Source of the DNA: Candidatus Magasanikiibacteriota bacterium | Lineage (GTDB): Bacteria > Patescibacteriota > Patescibacteriia > Magasanikbacterales > GWA2-37-8 | Reading direction: 5' to 3' | Assembly (NCBI GenBank): GCA_030650025.1 | Contig: JAUSEN010000009.1 | Coordinates: 93,144-157,143 of the forward strand | DNA length: 64,000 nt | Shown: one piece after another, positions 17,006 to 26,780 of the stretch | Numbering within the stretch: the stretch's first letter is position 1 | How the letters are laid out: each line of letters opens with the position of its first letter | Translations under genes and position numbers: made by a program | The notes under the pieces: generated by a model | The model's input: only the letters and a program-made list of their open reading frames with translations | What the model was told of the DNA's origin: nothing | The model's database searches: none

Positions 17006-17704
17006 ATGGGAGAATCAGAGAACAGTGGCGAGGGGTTAGCGCCGAGGACAACGCCTGGCCGGGTAGTTGCCGAAAGTCACGATGAATTTATGGCTAGGGT
17101 GGGCGTGGCTGGCCAAGTGCCCGGCCCGGAGATTGCGCGCGAATTGCCAGCGCCATCTGTTTTAGTTTTTGATCAAGATGGATCTGTCCAAATCGATGGT
17201 AAAACTTTGCGCCCCTGGGGAGATGTTTTTGCCGGTGGCGAATTAAATCAGTATAATGGCGATCTTCAGGAGGGCTTGGTAGCCACTCCGCCTTTAGTTG
17301 AATATGATCCCGCCACCAAAATATTAAAACTAACCGCCGCCGGCCTTACTATGGTAAGAGCCAAAAATAGCGCGCCGCGCGTGGCCAAAAAAATAAAAAT
17401 AAAATCAGCTAGAGAAAAAGAAATTGAAGACGAACCAGATGCCCGGACCAGAATACTAAGCGCCCTCGGCGCTACTGCCGAAGCTATTAAAAAAGCGGGG
17501 CTACAAATTAGAATCACAGTGCTTAAAGAAACTAAACGCACGGCCACCCACCAAGTCGCGCTCGTTCAGCCCAATCGCTGGAAAAATGGCAAAGTCAGAG
17601 TGGAGCATAGCACAGACAGTCTTTTTTACCTTGATTTGAGCGACGAGAAAAATTTTCGGCGTGGGATTAAAGCCATTTCTGATTATATTGGCACCAAGTT
17701 TTAA
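17006..17704 (+). CDS. Hypothetical protein
   Basis: ORF; likely start MGESENSGE. Confidence 0.7.
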   Translation: MGESENSGEGLAPRTTPGRVVAESHDEFMARVGVAGQVPGPEIARELPAPSVLVFDQDGSVQIDGKTLRPWGDVFAGGELNQYNGDLQEGLVATPPLVEYDPATKILKLTAAGLTMVRAKNSAPRVAKKIKIKSAREKEIEDEPDARTRILSALGATAEAIKKAGLQIRITVLKETKRTATHQVALVQPNRWKNGKVRVEHSTDSLFYLDLSDEKNFRRGIKAISDYIGTKF

Positions 17705-17717
17705 ACTAATATTTTAT

Positions 17718-18920
17718 ATGGCGAAAGTAGAAGGACAGAGGGGCAAAAGAGGAGGAAGTAACCAAGGGCCCACCAGAAGCATGCTGGAACGAGGGCTCCG
17801 CTTCACCGGCGTTTTAGTTGCTGGTGGAATTATTTTTTCTGGGGATGATAATTTGCCTGCTCATACTGCGGATACAAATATTTCGGCTTTAACTTCTAGA
17901 GCCAGTGGCAATCCAGAAAAACGCGAGCCCGAATCAGAGCCGCTAACAATAGATCTGCAGGAAAAAGGTGGCCTGGTGCCACAAGAAGCTAAAGATAAGC
18001 TCATGGGAGTGCTTCGCCCCCAAATCGAGCGCCAAATAACTAGGATGTTGGCGATCGAGAAAGCTCGCTCCGGCTCCGCGCCTATTAAAACCGAAGTTCA
18101 AATAATTATTGAAACTGGTTTAATCGAAGTCGGAGCCGTGGCTCCGGAAGAGCGCTCCCAGATAATAGAAGTCGTGGATCCGGCAATTAAAGACGCGACA
18201 GAATTTTTTAATCACTCCAGTTTAGTCGCCCCCAAAATAACCCACGATTTTCCTCCTCATGACGGACAAGTTAAGCTTGCCAAGCTTCCCGCCTATAGAC
18301 AAGATACCAGCTTGCCCCTCATGTATGTAAAACACCCCAAAAATGTTTATAATTTTTCTTTTACGGTTAAGGTAGGTGAGAGCAGTTTTTCCGATCATGC
18401 TCAAATGGTTTACCATAATCGTGCGGCTGGCACCATTAACCGGGAAATGAATTTTGAGTACGATGATGGTCACCGCTTAATTGGCGCGACATTTTCTCGT
18501 GACCCTGTTTTAATTATGACCGACCAGGCTCGCTCTAGAGAAGACCTGGCCGCGTTTGCAACGGCTGAGATGTTACACGCCGTACTTTCTACTGTGAGTG
18601 ATAGTAGGATGCTTTCTGGCCTCATGAGCAGTGACCTTACCTCTGGCGCACAACTGGGTGCATTTTTTGCTCCTTACCATAAAACAGAAGAAGCAGTTGT
18701 GCATGCCGCTAGCCGCATTTGGATGGAGTCGTATATTGCCAAAACTGGCATAAAGTTTTCCGGAACAATGCTAGATTCTTCAACCAAAATGTACCCAGGC
18801 CTGGCTAAATTATTAGATAAAGTTCCTCATACCCAAGCTGGTGCCAACCAGCTTATTGATTGGTATATCAACAGCCCAGAAAAAATTCAAAGAATTATTG
18901 GAACTGAAATCTCCCGATAA
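17718..18920 (+). CDS. Hypothetical protein with N-proximal hydrophobic segment
   Basis: ~400-aa ORF; stop overlaps the helicase start (TAATG). Confidence 0.75.
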   Translation: MAKVEGQRGKRGGSNQGPTRSMLERGLRFTGVLVAGGIIFSGDDNLPAHTADTNISALTSRASGNPEKREPESEPLTIDLQEKGGLVPQEAKDKLMGVLRPQIERQITRMLAIEKARSGSAPIKTEVQIIIETGLIEVGAVAPEERSQIIEVVDPAIKDATEFFNHSSLVAPKITHDFPPHDGQVKLAKLPAYRQDTSLPLMYVKHPKNVYNFSFTVKVGESSFSDHAQMVYHNRAAGTINREMNFEYDDGHRLIGATFSRDPVLIMTDQARSREDLAAFATAEMLHAVLSTVSDSRMLSGLMSSDLTSGAQLGAFFAPYHKTEEAVVHAASRIWMESYIAKTGIKFSGTMLDSSTKMYPGLAKLLDKVPHTQAGANQLIDWYINSPEKIQRIIGTEISR

Positions 18921-21298
18921 TGATCAATTTCTCTCAAGAACTTAACCCCGAACAACTTCGGGTCGTTACCGAGGGCGACGGCCCTTGTTTAGTTTTGGCC
19001 GGGGCCGGCTCGGGCAAAACCCGTACCATCACCTATCGCGTCGCGCATCTTCTAGAACAGGGAATAAAACCTGAAGAAATTCTCCTCGTTACCTTTACCA
19101 ACAAAGCCGCGGCCGAAATGAAACGGCGGGTAGAGCAAATTACAGCGTTGTCATCCCGAGCGGAGCCGAGGGATCCCTCCGCTCGCTCGCTACACTCGCT
19201 CGGTCGGGATGACAGTGTGGTTTTACCCTGGTCCGGCACGTTCCATTCGATCGGTTATCGGCTACTACGAATGTATGGTGGATTATTAGGTTATAAAAAT
19301 AATAATGCCCTGAACCGGAGCGGAGCGACTGGTTCGGGGTTTACGGTTTTAGACAGCGACGATTCAGAGTCGCTTATTAAACTTTGTATTAAAGACGTGA
19401 AAAGCGACGAAGCTGGGAAACGTTTTCCGTCCGCGGCGGTGGTAGCCGCGGTTATTAGTTTTAGCCGCAACGCCGAAATTTCTATTCAAGAAATTTTGGC
19501 CAAACGGTTTGAACAATGGCAAGCTTTCGAAAGTGAGATTTTAACAATTAGCAATTTATATATTGGCAAGAAAATGGCCGCGAATGCCCTGGACTTTGAC
19601 GATTTGCTCACTAAGACTCTCGCCCTTGTAAAAATGCCTCAAATCAAGCAAAAATATTCCGAGCAATTTAAGTATATTTTAGTGGACGAATACCAAGATA
19701 CTAATAGAATTCAGGCCGCGCTTATCAAAGAATTATCCGGCGTTCATAATAATGTGCTAGTGGTGGGGGACGATGCCCAGAGTATTTATAGCTTTCGCGC
19801 CGCGGATATCGAGAATATTTTAGGGTTTGAAAAAGAATACCCGGGAGCCAAAATTTTTAAACTTGAAACTAATTATCGCTCCACTAAACCAATTTTAGAC
19901 GTGGCGAATTCTGTTATCGAGAATAACGTTGACCAGTATCAGAAAAATTTACGAGTAGTCATAGACCCCCTCCTAAAAAGGAGGGGGCAGGGGGAGGTGT
20001 CGCCCTTACCAGTTCTTCAACCCGCTGTTGATTCCTCTGGCGAAGCCATGTTTATCGCCAATAAAATCGAGGATCTATTAAACAAAAAAACTGCGGCGCC
20101 CGAAATCGCGGTTTTATTCCGCGCCGCGTTTCACTCGCAGGCCTTAGAAGTTGAACTGGTGAGTAGAGGCATAGATTATGACTATCGTGGCGGCGTGCGC
20201 TTTTTTGAGCGCGCCCACGTGAAAGATATTTTGTGTTATCTCCGGATTTTTAATAATTTAGCGGACACGGCCGCGTGGCTACGCGTTCTGACGCACGAAG
20301 AAGGCATCGGCCCCGCGGCGGCGGAAAAAATTATTGAAGCGGTGCGCCCGCTGTCTGTCATCCCCGCGGAAGCGGGGATCCAAAACGTTGACACGGCAGA
20401 TTCCCGCTTACGCGGGAATGACAACGTTGATCAAGTCGAATCAATCGGCCGTTCCGTTCTCACCGGCCGCGCTCTTGGGGGTTTTGAAAATTTTTTACAA
20501 ATTTGGAATGTAATGTTGGGTTGTAGGGGCGCGGTTTCCGCGCCCCAGGGCGGGGCAACCCCGCCCCTACGCCCGCGACCAAATGAACTCGTGCTTGCGA
20601 TTTTAAAATCTCCATACCAAGAATATTTAGAATCCGAATACGTAGACAGCAAAGATCGTCAGCAAGATTTGCTCCAGCTCGCCGAGTTTGCCAAGCGCTT
20701 TGACAATTTAGAAGAATTTTTAGCTTCGGCCACGCTCCAAGAATCGTTTCGGACGATCGACACCTCCCCCAGCCCCTCCTTTGCTAAGGAGGGGGGCCGC
20801 GATTCCTCTCCCCTTAGCAAAGGGGAGGGCGACCCGCCCGAATCGCTACGCGAAGCGTTGCGGGCGGGGGGTGGGGTTTCGCATCGATCTAGAATCATTC
20901 TCTCCACCATCCACCAAGCCAAGGGCCTAGAGTGGGAGGCGGTGTTTGTGATGAATCTATCCGCCGGCGCTTTCCCCAACGACCGCGCCAGCCGCGAAGA
21001 TAAAGGGTTAGAAGAAGAGCGCCGGCTTTTTTACGTGGCAGTAACGCGCGCGAAAAAATATTTGTATTTAACCTACCCCATGGCGGGCGGCAGTTTTGGC
21101 GACTTTCTCTCTGGGCCAAGTATTTTTATTAACGAAATCAAGCCCGGCCTAGTTGAGGACCATTCGCTGTTGTTAAAAGGCTCTTCGGTTTTTAATTCTG
21201 GTGAATTAACATATGTCAGCGAAGAGGATGAGCCCTTTTCTAGTAAACCAATTAAAATTAAGCCCGGTAGTTTGCTTAGAAACATCGAAGATCTTTAA
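18920..21298 (+). CDS. UvrD/PcrA SF1 helicase carrying six in-frame palindrome insertions
   Basis: AGAGSGKT, VDEYQD, VGDDAQSIYSFR, STIHQAKGLEW, EEERRLFYVAVTRA. Confidence 0.95.
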   Translation: MINFSQELNPEQLRVVTEGDGPCLVLAGAGSGKTRTITYRVAHLLEQGIKPEEILLVTFTNKAAAEMKRRVEQITALSSRAEPRDPSARSLHSLGRDDSVVLPWSGTFHSIGYRLLRMYGGLLGYKNNNALNRSGATGSGFTVLDSDDSESLIKLCIKDVKSDEAGKRFPSAAVVAAVISFSRNAEISIQEILAKRFEQWQAFESEILTISNLYIGKKMAANALDFDDLLTKTLALVKMPQIKQKYSEQFKYILVDEYQDTNRIQAALIKELSGVHNNVLVVGDDAQSIYSFRAADIENILGFEKEYPGAKIFKLETNYRSTKPILDVANSVIENNVDQYQKNLRVVIDPLLKRRGQGEVSPLPVLQPAVDSSGEAMFIANKIEDLLNKKTAAPEIAVLFRAAFHSQALEVELVSRGIDYDYRGGVRFFERAHVKDILCYLRIFNNLADTAAWLRVLTHEEGIGPAAAEKIIEAVRPLSVIPAEAGIQNVDTADSRLRGNDNVDQVESIGRSVLTGRALGGFENFLQIWNVMLGCRGAVSAPQGGATPPLRPRPNELVLAILKSPYQEYLESEYVDSKDRQQDLLQLAEFAKRFDNLEEFLASATLQESFRTIDTSPSPSFAKEGGRDSSPLSKGEGDPPESLREALRAGGGVSHRSRIILSTIHQAKGLEWEAVFVMNLSAGAFPNDRASREDKGLEEERRLFYVAVTRAKKYLYLTYPMAGGSFGDFLSGPSIFINEIKPGLVEDHSLLLKGSSVFNSGELTYVSEEDEPFSSKPIKIKPGSLLRNIEDL
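19149..19214. repeat. TGTCAT..ATGACA palindrome in uvrD
   Basis: Encodes LSSRAEPRDPSARSLHSLGRDD. Confidence 0.85.
19307..19340. repeat. Palindrome in uvrD
   Basis: CCCTGAACCGG..CTGGTTCGGGG; encodes ALNRSGATGSG between GYKNN and FTVLD. Confidence 0.75.
19965..19999. repeat. CCCCCTCCT..AGGAGGGGG palindrome in uvrD
   Basis: Encodes DPLLKRRGQGEV. Confidence 0.75.
20356..20423. repeat. TGTCATCCCCGCG palindrome in uvrD
   Basis: Encodes VIPAEAGIQNVDTADSRLRGND; same family as 6925. Confidence 0.9.
20523..20570. repeat. GTAG-tagged double palindrome in uvrD
   Basis: Encodes CRGAVSAPQGGATPPL. Confidence 0.85.
20763..20880. repeat. Composite palindromic element in uvrD
   Basis: Near copy of 16210-16329. 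Confidence 0.9.
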
Positions 21299-21593
21299 AT
21301 TACTTATTTTAGAAACCCTAAAATAGGCAGCACGGAAGTTAAATATATTTATAAAATTTTTTTAGTTTATATACCACCTGTATCCGGGTGGTTTTTTTGT
21401 TAACGACCCCCGCCAAAGGCGGAGTGTCAGTTAACAAACCGCCTCTAGCGGATCTCTCCACTCTCTTGACGTTTCTGTCTATATTATGATATTATACTTT
21501 GTTTTTCGTGGGGCATCTTGCCTCTCGGAAGCCCGGGCGCGACCCCGGTAAAAATCGCGTAACCGCCAACGACGTCTTTTTTCGGAGGAATTC

Positions 21594-22019
21594 ATGAGCC
21601 CCATCACCCGCACCACCCTGGTGTTCGTCATCGGGCTCCTCGCGGGCCTGCCGCTCGGCCACCTCCGCCAGGAGGTTGCGGATCTCCGCCAGGTGGCGGA
21701 GCTCGAGCGCTTCGTCGCGGCCCATCACAATTTCGTCGTGGCCCATCACAATACGGTCGACACGCTTCTCGACTCGGCCATGCACTGCACGGAGAACTTA
21801 CTCGTGCTGGGGTACTCCACGGTGCATGTCTCCGACTCCTGCCAACGAGAGATCGCCGCGCAGATCCCACGGGCAACGTGGCTGGTCAGCGCGGTGGACA
21901 GCTGCGCTTCGGAGGAGGATGGCGAGGACTCGTCCTTCGACCCGCAGGTCGTCCCGAACGACGAACTGCGCCGGAACTCCACCCGCATCATCCCCATCCC
22001 GAGCCGCTGGCCGCGCTGA
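21594..22019 (+). CDS. GC-rich hypothetical protein with N-terminal hydrophobic helix
   Basis: GGAGG SD, strong GC3 bias in this frame. Confidence 0.7.
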   Translation: MSPITRTTLVFVIGLLAGLPLGHLRQEVADLRQVAELERFVAAHHNFVVAHHNTVDTLLDSAMHCTENLLVLGYSTVHVSDSCQREIAAQIPRATWLVSAVDSCASEEDGEDSSFDPQVVPNDELRRNSTRIIPIPSRWPR

Positions 22020-22032
22020 GGAGGCGCACAAG

Positions 22033-22182
22033 ATGGAACTTGTTTTCGCGCTCGTCGTGCTCTACCTGCTGGGGAGGTTCGGTGCCACGATCTTCATCGG
22101 GGGGATGAAGATCGTGTTCTACATCTTCCTCGGCCTCGTGGCCCTGACCATCCTCGGCGCCATCGCCGCCCTGCCGCGCTAG
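22033..22182 (+). CDS. GC-rich 49-aa membrane peptide
   Basis: AGGAGG SD; MELVFALVVLYLLGRFGATIFIGG... Confidence 0.7.
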   Translation: MELVFALVVLYLLGRFGATIFIGGMKIVFYIFLGLVALTILGAIAALPR

Positions 22183-22232
22183 ACTCGGAATCTAGCGCGC
22201 AAGTCGTACGGATATGCTCTGGCGGTGTTCTC

Positions 22233-22297
22233 AAAAACCACCCGATCATGTCCCAGTCAACGCAAGTATTTGTGTTGAGTGGGATCGGGTGGTTTTT
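22233..22297. repeat. AAAACCACCC..GGGTGGTTTT long hairpin
   Basis: Related hairpin at 22832-22898; the pair flanks the receiver gene. Confidence 0.65.
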
Positions 22298-22323
22298 AAA
22301 CCCGGTTATTTAGGAGGAGAGAA

Positions 22324-22662
22324 ATGATCCGCGCGAAGTTTTTGGTCGTAGACGACGACCCGGATAACAGGGAGGTCGTCGCCAGTGTCCTTAGGGACAA
22401 GGGCTTCGAAGTAGATGAGGCGTTGTGCGCGCAGGACGCGCTCACCCTGCTCGGGCAGGTGGAGTATGACGTCCTGATCACGGACGTCGACATGCCGGGC
22501 ATGAGCGGCCTCGAGTTGGTGCGCCTGGTGCGCGCCAAGCCGGAAAGCCCCTACGCGGTTGTGATGTCCGGCCGGGCCATGGCTCAGTTGGCCGCAGCTG
22601 CCGGAGCCGAGGAGTTCTTCGAGAAGCCGTTCGACCTCGAAGAGTTTCTCGCCGTGTTCTAA
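22324..22662 (+). CDS. Single-domain response regulator receiver (CheY-like), GC-rich
   Basis: LVVDDD, LITDVDMPGMSG, FEKPF; AGGAGG SD. Confidence 0.92.
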   Translation: MIRAKFLVVDDDPDNREVVASVLRDKGFEVDEALCAQDALTLLGQVEYDVLITDVDMPGMSGLELVRLVRAKPESPYAVVMSGRAMAQLAAAAGAEEFFEKPFDLEEFLAVF

Positions 22663-22831
22663 CAGCCGCGTTCAGTTAGCCTCTGCCTACACACCGCGCC
22701 ACCGTGTCCCGCCAGGCGGGATCCTTCCAAAGACGCTCCTGGCGTCAACTCCGGGCCAGGAGTTATTTCTGGAAGAATTCGCGTCGGTAGCAGGTGGCCT
22801 ACCCGGCCGACGCATTTTTCCTCTAGTCACG

Positions 22832-22898
22832 AAAACCACCCCGTCGCTATCTCAATGGCAATAAGTTATTTACTGCTAGCGAGATGGGGTGGTTTTTT
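22832..22898. repeat. AAAACCACCC..GGGTGGTTTT long hairpin or terminator
   Basis: Same end sequences as 22233-22297. Confidence 0.65.
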
Positions 22899-23006
22899 GT
22901 TTCTCTTGACAATTTCTCCGCTTTCTAATATAATCTTCGCAGAACGTGAAACAGAACCAATCTCGTGGCTGAGACAATTCGTTTCAGTTTTATTTTTTTA
23001 AAAACT

Positions 23007-23441
23007 ATGCCCACAATTAGTCAGCTTATCAAACGACCCCGCAAAGCTAAACAGCGCAAAACCAAAACTCCGGCTTTACAATTTACCATCGACAACCTCC
23101 ACCGCCGCGTTACGCCTTTTAGGAAAGGGGCGGCTTTTAAGCGTGGTGTTTGTACCAAGGTGTATACCACCACTCCCAAAAAACCAAACTCCGCGCTCCG
23201 TAAAGTGGCCAAGGTCCGCCTAAGTAACGGCACCGAAGTTATCGCCTATATTCCGGGCGAAGGCCACAACCTCCAAGAGCACTCCATTGTGCTTATTCGC
23301 GGCGGCCGGGTGAAGGATTTACCAGGGGTGCGCTACCACATTGTGCGGGGCGTTTACGACGCCCAAGGAGTCGCGAATCGTCGCCGCGGCCGTAGCCTTT
23401 ACGGCAACAAGCGCCCGAAAGAGGCGAAAGCTAAGAAATAA
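23007..23441 (+). CDS. rpsL: 30S ribosomal protein S12
   Basis: [27 protein letters not shown]. Confidence 0.98.
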   Translation: MPTISQLIKRPRKAKQRKTKTPALQFTIDNLHRRVTPFRKGAAFKRGVCTKVYTTTPKKPNSALRKVAKVRLSNGTEVIAYIPGEGHNLQEHSIVLIRGGRVKDLPGVRYHIVRGVYDAQGVANRRRGRSLYGNKRPKEAKAKK

Positions 23442-23475
23442 TGCGCCTCTTCGGCGCATCCGCCGACGAGGCGGA
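23439..23475. repeat. Double hairpin repeated after the rpsL and rpsJ stops
   Basis: TAATGCGCCTCTTCGGCGCATCCGCCGAcGAGGCGG; copy at 31279-31315. Confidence 0.85.
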
Positions 23476-23508
23476 TTTATTCTAAGCATTTGTTTGAAAA
23501 TTTATCAT

Positions 23509-23988
23509 ATGCGTGGAAAATCTCCCAAAAAACGTGTTATCTTGCCTGATCCTAAATTTGGCAGTACAAACTTGGCCAAGTTTATTAACTATGTCATGGA
23601 ACGCGGTAAAAAAACTGTGGCCCAGTCGATTGTTTACAAAGCGCTCGATATTATTAAAATTCAAAACAAAGTCGCTGATGCGGTTAAAACTTTTGATGAA
23701 GCCCTGCGCAATGTTATGCCTCAAGTAGAAGTGCGCTCGCGGCGCGTGGGCGGCGCTAATTATCAAGTGCCTTTGCCGGTGCGCGGCGAACGCCAATTTT
23801 CGCTGGCTTCGCGCTGGATTATCGGCGCGGCGCGCGCTAAAAAAGGCCTGCCCATGCACAAAAAGCTTGCCACTGTGTTATTTGAAGCCAGCCAAAACCT
23901 CGGCGATGCCATCAAAAAACGCGACGAGGTGCACCGCATGGCCGAAGCTAACAAAGCCTTCGCGCATTTTGCCCGCTTTGCTAAGTAA
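23509..23988 (+). CDS. rpsG: 30S ribosomal protein S7
   Basis: EVRSRRVGGANYQVP, HRMAEANKAFAH. Confidence 0.98.
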   Translation: MRGKSPKKRVILPDPKFGSTNLAKFINYVMERGKKTVAQSIVYKALDIIKIQNKVADAVKTFDEALRNVMPQVEVRSRRVGGANYQVPLPVRGERQFSLASRWIIGAARAKKGLPMHKKLATVLFEASQNLGDAIKKRDEVHRMAEANKAFAHFARFAK

Positions 23989-24019
23989 AACACAAAATAA
24001 ATCTGTTTAAATCTTTGTT

Positions 24020-26125
24020 ATGCCTCGAGAATATTCCCTAGAAAAAACTCGTAACATCGGCATCGCGGCGCACATTGACGCCGGCAAAACCACCACCACC
24101 GAGCGTATTTTATTTTACACCGGCAAGAAGCATAAAATCGGCGAGGTGCACGAAGGCGAAGCCACCATGGACTGGATGGAACAAGAAAAAGAACGTGGCA
24201 TCACTATAACTTCCGCCGCGACCACCTGTTTTTGGAAGGGCCACCGCATTAACATTATTGACACCCCGGGCCACGTGGATTTTACCGTGGAAGTAGAAAG
24301 ATCTCTGCGCGTCCTTGATGGTGCCGTGGCTGTATTCGATGGCTCTCAAGGCGTGGAGCCCCAAAGCGAAACTGTTTGGCACCAGGCCGACAAGTATAAT
24401 GTCCCGCGCGTTTGTTTTATTAACAAGATGGACAAGCTCGGCGCGGATTTTTTTATGTCGCTTAATTCTATTTTAGAACGCTTGTCGGTAAACGCGCGCG
24501 CGGTCCAGCTCCCGATTGGCGCGGACAGTACTTTTTCTGGTCTAGTAGATTTGATTGAGAAAAAAGCCATGAAGTTTGAGGGCGACAAGGGTCAAAATAT
24601 TATTGATATCCCGATTCCTGAAGATATGTTGGCCCAAGTTGAAGAATATCGCGCTAAGCTGGTTGAGAAAGTCTCTGAAGCTAACGACGAACTGATGGGC
24701 AAATTTTTAGAAGGCAAAGAATTAACCGTGGCCGAAATTAAAGCCGGCATCCGCCAGATGGTTATTAAAGGCGAACTCTACCCAGTCTTGTGTGGGTCAG
24801 CTCTCGGTAACATTGGCGTCCAGCCCATGCTCGATTCAGTCGTAGATTTTTTGCCCGCTCCCACCGATGTCCCCGAGCTCAAAGGCATTAACCCAGATAC
24901 GGATGAACCTGCCGTGCGCCACCCCAGTGACTCCGAACCATTTTCGGCGCTCGCTTTCAAAATCGCGACCGACCCGTTTGTGGGCAAACTTATTTTCTTC
25001 CGCGTTTACTCGGGCGTAGTTTCGGCCGGTACTTATGTTTATAACGCGAGCAATGGCAAGAAAGAACGCCTCGGACGCATTGTCCGCATGCACGCCAATA
25101 ACCGCGAAGATGTCACCGAAGTTTACGCCGGGGAGATTGCCGCCGCGATTGGCCTTAAAGAGGTAAAAACCGGGGACACTTTGTGCGACGAAAACAGCCC
25201 GATTATTCTAGAGCGTCCCACTTTTGCCGAGCCGGTTATCTCGATGGCGATTGAGCCTAAGACCAAGCAAGATCAAGAAAAAATCGGCCTGGCCATGCAA
25301 AAATTGGCCGAAGAAGACCCCACCTTCCGCGTCTCGACCGACTCCGAAACTCTGCAGACCATTATTTCGGGCATGGGGGAGTTGCATTTAGATATCATCG
25401 TGGATCGCATGAAGCGCGAATTTAAAGTAGAAGCCAATGTGGGCGCGCCGCAAGTCGCTTACAAAGAAACTATCAAGAGTAGCGCCGAAGCCGAAGGCAA
25501 GTATGTCAAACAGTCGGGCGGTAAAGGCCAGTATGGCCACTGTTGGCTACGCGTGGAACCGGCCGATATGGTTGATGAGGACGTCAAGAAAGAAGTTGCC
25601 AAAAACGGCTTCCAATTTGTGGACGAAATTAAAGGTGGTGTGATTCCGCGCGAATTTATTCCCGCTATTCAAAAAGGTGTCAAAGAAAGCGTCTCGCGCG
25701 GTATTCAAGCTGGCTACCCGGTCGTGGATGTTAAAGTCACGGTCTACGACGGTTCTTACCACGAAGTTGACTCCAGCGAAATTGCTTTCAAAATGGCCAG
25801 CTCGTTTGCGTTTCAAGATGGTTGCAAAAAAGCTAAGCCCGTAATACTCGAGCCCATCATGAAGATCGAAGTTGTCACCCCGGAAAACTTTATGGGCGAT
25901 GTGATTGGTGACTTAAATAGTAAGCGCGGCCAAATTTTAGAAATGACTGATCGCGGCCAAATGAAAGTTGTAAAAGCCATGGTGCCGCTCGCCAGCATGT
26001 TTGGCTACGTTACTTCGCTCCGTTCTATGTCCCAAGGCCGGGCCTCTTCCAGCATGGAATTCGACCACTACGCCGATGTGCCGAACAACGTGGCGCAAAC
26101 AATAATTGAAGGGAAGAAGAAATAG
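24020..26125 (+). CDS. fusA: Elongation factor G
   Basis: [24 protein letters not shown]. Confidence 0.99.
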   Translation: MPREYSLEKTRNIGIAAHIDAGKTTTTERILFYTGKKHKIGEVHEGEATMDWMEQEKERGITITSAATTCFWKGHRINIIDTPGHVDFTVEVERSLRVLDGAVAVFDGSQGVEPQSETVWHQADKYNVPRVCFINKMDKLGADFFMSLNSILERLSVNARAVQLPIGADSTFSGLVDLIEKKAMKFEGDKGQNIIDIPIPEDMLAQVEEYRAKLVEKVSEANDELMGKFLEGKELTVAEIKAGIRQMVIKGELYPVLCGSALGNIGVQPMLDSVVDFLPAPTDVPELKGINPDTDEPAVRHPSDSEPFSALAFKIATDPFVGKLIFFRVYSGVVSAGTYVYNASNGKKERLGRIVRMHANNREDVTEVYAGEIAAAIGLKEVKTGDTLCDENSPIILERPTFAEPVISMAIEPKTKQDQEKIGLAMQKLAEEDPTFRVSTDSETLQTIISGMGELHLDIIVDRMKREFKVEANVGAPQVAYKETIKSSAEAEGKYVKQSGGKGQYGHCWLRVEPADMVDEDVKKEVAKNGFQFVDEIKGGVIPREFIPAIQKGVKESVSRGIQAGYPVVDVKVTVYDGSYHEVDSSEIAFKMASSFAFQDGCKKAKPVILEPIMKIEVVTPENFMGDVIGDLNSKRGQILEMTDRGQMKVVKAMVPLASMFGYVTSLRSMSQGRASSSMEFDHYADVPNNVAQTIIEGKKK

Positions 26126-26391
26126 AGTTGTGGATAAGAGTTTGACAGGTAACAAATTTTGTTTTACCCTATAATTTAGGTATCAAGTCGCGTTCTGTAT
26201 TGGCATAATTTATTCTCCGCCACTAAAATAATTCTCTTTAAAAAAGAGGATTATTTTTTTATTGCGCTGGCACTGCGAAGCTTTAGCGAAGCAGTGTGTA
26301 TAGCTTTTTATACAACCTTGCTTTTTTTTTGCAACTTGATAGACTTATTTGAGAGCGGCCCAGTAAGCCGCACAATGAAAGGAGGTTGCCC

Positions 26392-26529
26392 ATGCGGACC
26401 TCACCGACCACGTCCCGCAGCACCGGCTCCCCGCCCGTCACCGCCACCACCGAGCCGAAGACCGAGAAGAAGGCCCCCCCGAAGCGCGCGACGAAGACCA
26501 CCACCGGCGGCATCACCAAGGCGAACTAG
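26392..26529 (+). CDS. GC-rich 45-aa Thr/Lys/Pro-rich peptide (not in ORF track)
   Basis: AAAGGAGG SD; MRTSPTTSRSTGSPPVTATTEPKTEKKAPPKRATKTTTGGITKAN; all 6 Lys are AAG. Confidence 0.65.
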   Translation: MRTSPTTSRSTGSPPVTATTEPKTEKKAPPKRATKTTTGGITKAN

Positions 26530-26780
26530 CTCCCGCACGGGAGCATCACCCCACACCCCCGACCGCCCAGCGCGGTCGGGGGTCGTGGCTAAAATTCAAA
26601 ACCCTCAATCTCCTGTTAGCCACAAATTCTTGCGGCCAGCAGGAGGGTTTTGAAAAGAATTCTCTATAAAAACAATCCCCCGAGCATAGTCGAGGGGGGT
26701 TGTTTTTTTGTTTTAAATGCTTGACTGTTTAATATCTGCACGTTACGATTAAGATGGATAAAACAACCAAGGAGAGTGCC

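Noticed and set aside
22650-22900. Integron attC sites
   Set aside because: No convincing RYYYAAC..GTTRRRY boxes with proper spacing and no integrase in the window
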